DNA of 32,000 nucleotides from Trichodesmium erythraeum IMS101 (GTDB lineage Bacteria; Cyanobacteriota; Cyanobacteriia; Cyanobacteriales; Microcoleaceae): NCBI RefSeq assembly GCF_000014265.1, contig NC_008312.1, positions 5,280,001 to 5,312,000 of the forward strand, read 5' to 3'. Shown piece by piece: positions 25,872 to 32,000 of this stretch (position 1 is its first letter; each line of letters starts with the position of its first letter). The notes under the pieces were generated by a model. It saw only the letters and a program-made list of their open reading frames with translations, ran no database searches and was not told where the DNA came from. The position numbers and the translations under genes were made by a program.

Positions 25872-26795
25872 CTACCGCGCCCATTGTTGAAGAATATAAG
25901 TGTAAAATCTCTCTTTATCGACCGTTTCCATTGCCATAATTTTCCGCCCACCATTTTCTACTTTTATCCGGCCTTGACTGAGACCTTTTGTAATAACTAC
26001 AGTTTCCCATTCTTGAAGTTGATAAAATTCTGGATGTGCTAAGTAAGAAGTTGCTAAAACATCCCAAAAATAATAGTCTTGAGAGATTGCTAATGCATAA
26101 CATTGTCCGGCAAAATCAGAAATAGGATACTTTCTTTGCTTACTTAATTTGTGAGAAAATTCAGAAGTTAGGGGAACATTATTAGTAATATCTAATGAGC
26201 AAAGTACAATAGGAATTTGAGTTTGCCAAACTCTTTCAATAGCAAACGGGTCCCAATAGGCATTCCATTCAGCAGACATATCTTGACCTGGTTCCATGTC
26301 TTTACTGACATTTCCTGGTACATTTAATGCACCACCCATCCAGACAATTTCTTGAATTTTTGACTCAATTTCTGGAGCAATATCTAATGCTGTAGCAACA
26401 GTTGTTAAAGGACCTGTTACCATTAATGTTACGGGTGCTGGTGCAGATTTTAAAACTTTTACCATAAAATTTTGACCAGGTTCAGAAATTAAAATAGTAT
26501 TGATATTTTCCTTCTGATTTAAAATGGGAAAATGGTCAACTGCAAAAGAATCTCTTCTAAATAAAACCGGAAAAGGATTAACTCCACGGACTGTACTTTC
26601 TGCTACTGGAATATCAGAACGTCCTATTAAATCTAAAATTTTTCGAGTGGCACTAATTGCGGGTTCAATATAACAGTCAGCTGGTGTTACAATTACTCCT
26701 AAGGGTTGAATATTTTCCATAGTCATGAGTAAAAGAGTGGAGAGAAAATCATCTACTGCACCGTCATGATCCATTAGTACAAGTTTTTTGGACAT
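25872..26795 (-). CDS. inosine/uridine-preferring nucleoside hydrolase family protein
   Basis: 307-aa ATG ORF. The N-terminal MDHDGAVDD matches the DxDxxxDD Ca-binding signature of IU-nucleoside hydrolases. Size and layout are typical of the family. Confidence 0.8.
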   Translation of the reverse strand: MSKKLVLMDHDGAVDDFLSTLLLMTMENIQPLGVIVTPADCYIEPAISATRKILDLIGRSDIPVAESTVRGVNPFPVLFRRDSFAVDHFPILNQKENINTILISEPGQNFMVKVLKSAPAPVTLMVTGPLTTVATALDIAPEIESKIQEIVWMGGALNVPGNVSKDMEPGQDMSAEWNAYWDPFAIERVWQTQIPIVLCSLDITNNVPLTSEFSHKLSKQRKYPISDFAGQCYALAISQDYYFWDVLATSYLAHPEFYQLQEWETVVITKGLSQGRIKVENGGRKIMAMETVDKERFYTYILQQWAR

Positions 26796-27265
26796 AGATA
26801 TTAAAGTTTAGATTTCAATCAAAATTATATAAGATTTTAAGGAAGAAAGAAGAGGGAGGAGAAAGGAGGGAGTAAATATTTATTGCTTGTTTCTTCTACT
26901 AGTTTCTATAGACTTCTTGCCTAAAATTTTTGTGGTATGATTAATTTTTTTTGTCTAAGTTTAGGCAATAATAAGCCAGGATTTTTCATTTTTGTGTTGG
27001 GATTAAATTTAAGAGCGATCGCCAAGAATGCCAAATTATTAATTGACCATTAGTAATTATTTATATGTTAAGGTTTACTAGGTTTGGTGGTTTGATGGTT
27101 TTAGATTTGCTGGTAGAGGGTAAAGATAGTTAGTAGGTTTAGTGGTTTTAGGTTTGGTGGTAGAGAGCAAAGATAGAAAATGATTGAAGTAAAAAGTCAT
27201 TGAGATTTAACGGGCCAAAATAAATGTATTTGGTAGTAAGATGTTATCAATTTGTTAATTTTAAG

Positions 27266-27295
27266 CCTAATACCTAACACCTGATACCTGATACC
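27266..27295. repeat. heptanucleotide (STRR-like) tandem repeat cctaata/cctaaca/cctgata/cctgata/cc
   Basis: Read directly. It has the same family and orientation as 20757-20784. Confidence 0.7.
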
Positions 27296-27428
27296 TTTTC
27301 TACTACCTACTTTTTTGAACTATTAATATATATACTTTATATGTACTTTATAACTTGGGAAAATGCTGTTAAGATAAATTATCAAGGTAAAGTATTATCA
27401 AATCCTTAGTAAATTCTCAAGTTTAATT

Positions 27429-28349
27429 ATGTACACGGAACCAAAAGTTAACAAAAATCACGATTTTAATGATCATAATATTGTTACTATAGAAAGAGTA
27501 AACAAATTACTATTCCAATCAATTGATACTTTAGAAGAAATTCTGAAAAATCAAGAACTTCCTACACAAGAACGAGCAACAGTAGCTCTAAAAATTATAG
27601 AAATGACTGGTCTTTTGTCTCAAAAAAATAATTATTCACCAGCTACATTACTATCTGAAGCTCAACAAAAACTGAATGAACTACAGATAAATAGTTTAGG
27701 AAGAAATGGCTTTAATCAAGTACCAGAAAAAATAAAATTTAAGCCGCTTTTTTTATCTGCTGATTATGTAGAAATTAAAAATTTTTTATTGCCTGAAAAT
27801 AATCAAACAGCTATTAAGGAAGCTATCAAAAGAAAAGAGCAATATGTTGAATCGTCTACAACAACTAAAGCAGATAAATATCGCCAATCTTATGTACTAT
27901 TTTCACAATATTTTCCTGAATTATCAGGACTTATTCAAAGCAAAATATTAGAAATATTGCCAGAAGTATTAACTCAACTAGAGTTTCGTCCTTTTGAGAT
28001 ATCAGAAATTGAAGTGCAACTAACGGCACATAATGATGGATGCTATTACAAAATTCATAATGATGCGGGTAGCGAAAAAACTGCTAGTCGAGAAATTACT
28101 TATGTTTATTATTTTTATCAAGAACCTAAGGCTTTTTCTGGAGGTGAATTGAGAATTTATGATACTGAATTGAAAGGTGGTGGAGCAATAAATCATGATA
28201 ATTATAAGACTATTACACCTGTTAATAATTCAATTGTTTTTTTTAATAGCCGCTGCCGACATGAAGTAATGCCTGTAATTTGTCCTTCTCAAGCATTTGA
28301 AAATAGTCGGTTTACTGTTAATGGTTGGATTAGAAGATTAGTTTCTTGA
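27429..28349 (+). CDS. 2OG-Fe(II) oxygenase (prolyl-4-hydroxylase-like, 2OG-FeII_Oxy_3 type) with an unassigned N-terminal extension of about 100 aa
   Basis: 306-aa ATG ORF. It has the HxD triad start (LTAHNDG), ITYVYYFYQEPKAFSGGELRIYD, a distal His (RCRHEVMPV), and RFTVNGWI supplying the 2OG-binding Arg. Confidence 0.8.
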   Translation: MYTEPKVNKNHDFNDHNIVTIERVNKLLFQSIDTLEEILKNQELPTQERATVALKIIEMTGLLSQKNNYSPATLLSEAQQKLNELQINSLGRNGFNQVPEKIKFKPLFLSADYVEIKNFLLPENNQTAIKEAIKRKEQYVESSTTTKADKYRQSYVLFSQYFPELSGLIQSKILEILPEVLTQLEFRPFEISEIEVQLTAHNDGCYYKIHNDAGSEKTASREITYVYYFYQEPKAFSGGELRIYDTELKGGGAINHDNYKTITPVNNSIVFFNSRCRHEVMPVICPSQAFENSRFTVNGWIRRLVS

Positions 28350-28459
28350 GGAGGGAAAAAAGGAGTAAATTAGGAACAAAAACAAAGGTGATAATTATAG
28401 AGATAGCTATAGCAATTTTATCTGAAGAGTGAAAGATTAAGGCTGAATTGAGGAAGAAA

Positions 28460-28500
28460 AACTTTTAACTTTTGACTTTTAACTTTTAACTTTTAACTTA
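28460..28500. repeat. heptanucleotide tandem repeat aactttt (about 6 copies), continuing into 10-nt units tcttaacttc/tcttaagtca up to 28520
   Basis: Read directly: aactttt at 28460, 28467, 28481 and 28488; gactttt at 28474; aactta at 28495. Confidence 0.75.
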
Positions 28501-28720
28501 TCTTAACTTCTCTTAAGTCAAAGGTTAAGATGCAGCTAATTACGAAAAAATTATGAGAGGGTAAGTGGTAAAAATTTATGTAGTGTGGGCGTCTTGCGGT
28601 CTTAGGGGTACCTTATAACCCTAAATTATATTATATATTACAAGCAGGTATCTTTTTTAATGATCTACTTAAACTTGTCTTAAACATAAGCTGCTAGTAT
28701 AGTATCGGTCTATAAGCTAT

Positions 28721-28835
28721 CAGGACTTAGGCAAACTTCGTGATGATTACCCTATCTGTAGAAGGCCAATGCTTTATGCCCCTACTATATATATGTGTAT
28801 ATCTATGGTTTGATGACGGCTCTGCCTAAGTCCTG
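28721..28835. repeat. perfect 13-bp inverted repeat caggacttaggca / tgcctaagtcctg separated by 89 nt
   Basis: 28721-28733 and 28823-28835 are exact reverse complements. They lie in the 5' intergenic region of the exoprotein gene. Confidence 0.6.
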
Positions 28836-28983
28836 AACTAGATCAAAACTTATGCACAATTACTATATCTTATAACTTAGCATAGGCTAAGGACCGCTAA
28901 CCTCTAAAGATAGTGTATATTTTTAGATGCGTGGGGACTTAACAGTAAGTCTTGTATATAGAACTAAAGAACTTAGAATATTA

Positions 28984-31900
28984 ATGACTGATCCAAAACT
29001 CCAACTATTAAGTACTTATGAAACAGGACTCTTTGATGAGAGTGCTGCGGAAATTATCGCCCATGACCCCAACACACAAAGAGTGTTTGTTGTCAATGCT
29101 AACAGTGCTACTATTGATGTATTAGACATTAGCGACCCTAGCAACCCAACTCGTGAAAATCAAATAGATCTTTCCTCTTTCGGTGCAGGTGCTAATAGTG
29201 TTGCAGTTAATGAGAGTGGTATTGTAGCAGTAGCAGTTGAAGCTAACACTAAACAGGACCCAGGCACAGTTGTCTTCTTCAATGCTGATGGTGAGACACT
29301 TGGACAAGTTAACGTAGGTGCATTACCAGATATGCTGACGTTTACCTCCGATGGAACAAAGGTATTAGTAGCAAATGAAGGAGAACCTAATGATGACTAT
29401 ACTAACGACCCAGAAGGTTCTATTAGTATTATTGATATTTCTGATGGAGTCAATAGTTTAACTCAAGCAAATGTTTCTACTGCTAACTTTTCTGCTTTCA
29501 TTGGTCGGGAAGAAGAATTACGTTCCCGTGGTGTGCGGATCTTCGGACCTGAAACAAATGCAGCTAAAGATTTAGAACCTGAATATATTGCTGTTTCTCC
29601 CGATGACAATACAGCTCTTGTCACTCTGCAAGAAAATAATGCTGTGGCGGTGTTAGATATTAACAATGCCACTATTGTAGATATTTTATCATTAGGAGTC
29701 AAAGACTACAGTCGCGGTCTTCCTAACCTAACACAATTTGAATTTTCCAATCTCCCAGTTTTAGGTACAACTGAAGGGAGTCAAGATATTCTCCTGGGTG
29801 GTTTATCTGGGCTATGGTTTGAAGGAGAAGACGAAGAGGGCAACTTAAAATTTGTCACCGTACCAGACCGGGGACCTAACGGCGCACCTACAGATGTAGA
29901 TGATGATGGAGAAAATGAAAGACCATTTGCTCTGCCAGACTATCAAGCAAGAATTGTTCGTTTTACATTAGATGAAAATAGTCGTGATATTGAAATAACT
30001 GAACAAATTCTCCTCACCAGGGAAGACGGTACAACTCCCATTACAGGTTTACCTAATATAGCAGGAGTAGATGAAGAACCAGTAGACTTATCTGGCAATT
30101 TACTAGGTTATGACCCCTTTGGTGCAGACCTTGAAGGTATTGTGATCAACCCTGCTGACGATACTTTCTGGACTGTAGATGAATATCGCCCTGCTATTTA
30201 CCACTTTAATACTGATGGTTCACTTATCAACCGTTTTGTACCTGAAGGAACAGCAGCACTAGCAGAAACGGAAGCAGAAGCAGGAACTTTTGGTACAGAA
30301 ACCCTACCAAAAGAATATTCTAACCGTCGCCGGAACCGTGGCTTTGAAGCTATTGCCCTGGATACAGACGCAGGTATTCTCTATAGCTTTATTCAAACAC
30401 CTCTACAAAATCCAGATCGCGAAACTTCCGACAATTCCAGTGTTATCCGAATGTTAGGTATTAACCCAAGTACTGGAGAAGCTGTAGCAGAATATGTTTA
30501 TCTCTTAGAAAAGTCTGATTTAGGTAGCAGTCCCAATGTTGATAAAATTGGAGATGCTGTCTATGGTGGCAATGGTAAATTCTTTGTAGTAGAAAGAGAC
30601 TCCTCTTTTGATCCTACTGCCAAAAAGTTTATTTTTGAGATTGACCTCAAAGGTGCAACTAATTTGCTTGCTGATGATGCGCCAAGTTTACCAGAGGGTG
30701 AAACTCTAGAACAACAAACTGCGGATGATTTAGCAGCAGTGGGTATTCAAGCAGTTAATAAAATTAAAGTAACTAACTTACCTTCCATTGGTTACACTGC
30801 TGGAGATAAGGTGGAAGGTTTATCATTACTACCAGATGGACGGTTAGCGGTATTGAATGATAATGACTTCGGTTTGTTAGATGAAGAAATTCCTATAGAT
30901 GGTACCATTCCTATCAACTCTGCTCCAGTACCAGTAGTTCTAGGTATTGTTGATTTCTCAACACTAAGTAATCAAATTGATCCTAGCGATAAAGATGATG
31001 GTTTGAATCTAAGTAACTGGCCTGTGTTTGGGTTATTTCAACCAGATAGTATTGCCTCTTTTGAGAGTAATGGTAAGGCCTATTATTTGACGGCAAATGA
31101 AGGAGACTCAAGAGATTATGATAATTTCTCAGAAGAAGTACGGGTAGGAGATGAGGAATATGTACTCGATCCTGAAGTTTTTGAAGTTGATGCCATAAAG
31201 GATGAAGCTGCTCTAGGCCGTCTGAAAGTAACAACCACAGAAGGGGATATTGATGGTGATGGGGACTACGACCAAATCTTTGCTTATGGGGGTCGCTCCT
31301 TTAGTCTTTGGGATGCCGCTGGCAACTTAGTGTTCGATAGTGGGGATGCTTTTGAACGTATTACTGGCAAAGACTTCCCCAATAACTTCAATTCTGACAA
31401 CGATGAAAATTCTCTTGATACTCGTAGCGATGATAAGGGAGCTGAACCTGAAGCTATAACTACAGGAGTTCTAGACGATAAAACCTATGCTTTTATTGGT
31501 TTAGAACGCATAGGTGGAATTATGGTGTATGATGTTAGCGAACCCACTGAACCTAGTTTTGTACAATATATCAACAACCGTGATTTCACGGCAGATGTTG
31601 AGACCAGTGCGGTAGGAGATTTAGGACCAGAAGGACTTAAGTTTATCTCTCCAGAAGATAGCCCCAATGGGGAGGCATTATTAGTAGTTGCTAATGAAGT
31701 TAGTGGCACTACTACTATTTATGAGTTTACTGCTAACCAAACTCTTCAGGGAATTCCAGGAGATGATGACCTGATAGGTGGTACGGGTAATGATAAGATT
31801 AATGGTCTAGGTGGTAATGACAGTCTCAGTGGTCTCGGTGGTAATGATACTATTAATGGTGCTGATGGCAACGATGATATAAAAGGTAACCGTGGTGATG

Positions 31901-32000
31901 ACCGTCTTATTGGTGGAAAGGGTCGCGATCGCCTCAATGGTGGTTACGAGAATGATACTATTTTCGGTGGTCATGGAGATGATACCTTAATTGGTCGTCT
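28984..32000 (+). CDS. large exoprotein, 3' end outside the window: choice-of-anchor-I domain with an inserted esterase-like phytase domain, then RTX (hemolysin-type) Ca-binding nonapeptide repeats. Proteins of this type are often annotated as alkaline phosphatase-like.
   Basis: Absent from the ORF track. I translated 28984-32000 with no stop codon (1,005 codons).
- The N-terminus reads MTDPKLQLLSTYETGLFDESAAEIIAHDPNTQRVFVVNANSATIDVLDISDPSNP...GALPDMLTFTSDGTKVLVANEGEPNDDYTNDPEGSISIID.
- The phytase-like blocks are GGLSGLWFEG..., ADLEGIVINPADDTFWTVDEYRPAIYHF, NRGFEAIALD, FVVERD, VEGLSLLPDGRLAVLNDNDFG.
- The RTX repeats start at about 31750: GGTGNDKINGLGGNDSLSGLGGNDTINGADGNDDIKGNRGDDRLIGGKGRDRLNGG.
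An in-frame TAA lies 6 codons upstream of the ATG. Confidence 0.85.
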   Translation, partial: MTDPKLQLLSTYETGLFDESAAEIIAHDPNTQRVFVVNANSATIDVLDISDPSNPTRENQIDLSSFGAGANSVAVNESGIVAVAVEANTKQDPGTVVFFNADGETLGQVNVGALPDMLTFTSDGTKVLVANEGEPNDDYTNDPEGSISIIDISDGVNSLTQANVSTANFSAFIGREEELRSRGVRIFGPETNAAKDLEPEYIAVSPDDNTALVTLQENNAVAVLDINNATIVDILSLGVKDYSRGLPNLTQFEFSNLPVLGTTEGSQDILLGGLSGLWFEGEDEEGNLKFVTVPDRGPNGAPTDVDDDGENERPFALPDYQARIVRFTLDENSRDIEITEQILLTREDGTTPITGLPNIAGVDEEPVDLSGNLLGYDPFGADLEGIVINPADDTFWTVDEYRPAIYHFNTDGSLINRFVPEGTAALAETEAEAGTFGTETLPKEYSNRRRNRGFEAIALDTDAGILYSFIQTPLQNPDRETSDNSSVIRMLGINPSTGEAVAEYVYLLEKSDLGSSPNVDKIGDAVYGGNGKFFVVERDSSFDPTAKKFIFEIDLKGATNLLADDAPSLPEGETLEQQTADDLAAVGIQAVNKIKVTNLPSIGYTAGDKVEGLSLLPDGRLAVLNDNDFGLLDEEIPIDGTIPINSAPVPVVLGIVDFSTLSNQIDPSDKDDGLNLSNWPVFGLFQPDSIASFESNGKAYYLTANEGDSRDYDNFSEEVRVGDEEYVLDPEVFEVDAIKDEAALGRLKVTTTEGDIDGDGDYDQIFAYGGRSFSLWDAAGNLVFDSGDAFERITGKDFPNNFNSDNDENSLDTRSDDKGAEPEAITTGVLDDKTYAFIGLERIGGIMVYDVSEPTEPSFVQYINNRDFTADVETSAVGDLGPEGLKFISPEDSPNGEALLVVANEVSGTTTIYEFTANQTLQGIPGDDDLIGGTGNDKINGLGGNDSLSGLGGNDTINGADGNDDIKGNRGDDRLIGGKGRDRLNGGYENDTIFGGHGDDTLIGR

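Noticed and set aside
25915-26103. 62-aa minus-strand ORF overlapping the nucleoside hydrolase gene
   Set aside because: It is an alternative frame of a confident gene and has no motifs.
28403-28415. ctatagcaat, matching the IS630 terminal repeat tip, as a possible solo-TIR remnant
   Set aside because: Only about 10 nt match, which is well within chance expectation, and there is no further similarity to the IS.
29122-31937. Five minus-strand ORFs (61-83 aa) listed by the track
   Set aside because: All are antisense to the continuous + strand ORF starting at 28984, which has strong choice-of-anchor-I, phytase-like and RTX motifs. The P/S/R-rich 31746..31937 ORF is the mirror image of the GGxGxD repeats.

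Overview
AT-rich cyanobacterial chromosomal segment. The taxonomic call is an inference from more than 12 copies of the HIP1 palindrome GCGATCGC and from heptanucleotide STRR-like repeats, which suggest a filamentous, Nostocales-like organism. All family names come from motif recognition by eye; no database search was run. By eye I found no rRNA, tRNA or CRISPR array.

Genes, in order:
- 3'-truncated DUF21/CBS (CNNM-type) membrane protein (-)
- EamA/DMT transporter (+)
- two small membrane-protein ORFs (-)
- NAD(P)-binding protein with an inserted CIA30 domain (+)
- 82-aa Trp-rich ORF (-)
- a roughly 9.7 kb giant gene (-)
- Ski2/HelY-like DEAD/DEAH helicase (+)
- secreted GHL10 (DUF187) glycosyl-hydrolase-like protein (+)
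- DUF3318-like protein (-)
- IU-type nucleoside hydrolase (-)
- 2OG-Fe(II) oxygenase (+)
- 5' part of a choice-of-anchor-I / phytase-like / RTX exoprotein (+), which runs out of the window and is missing from the ORF track

Main observations:
1. The giant gene encodes DUF4347, then 9 PPC modules, IPT, a complete RHS/YD shell with a DPxGL-N19-DPxGL core, and then, unusually, about 916 aa of further domains: an orphan 120-aa segment, a beta-sandwich, FN3, 2 cadherin-like modules and 6 FG-GAP-like blades.
2. An intact IS630-family element with TA duplications splits this gene 60 codons after its native start. Precise excision restores one roughly 3,266-codon frame.
3. Four and a half near-identical 280-281 bp tandem units of unknown, apparently non-coding function lie between the helicase and the GHL10 gene.

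Smaller items: very recent intragenic DNA repeats (357 bp x9, 156 bp x6), a 22-nt motif shared by two divergent promoter regions, Pho-box-like direct repeats upstream of the phosphatase-like gene, and two perfect inverted repeats.
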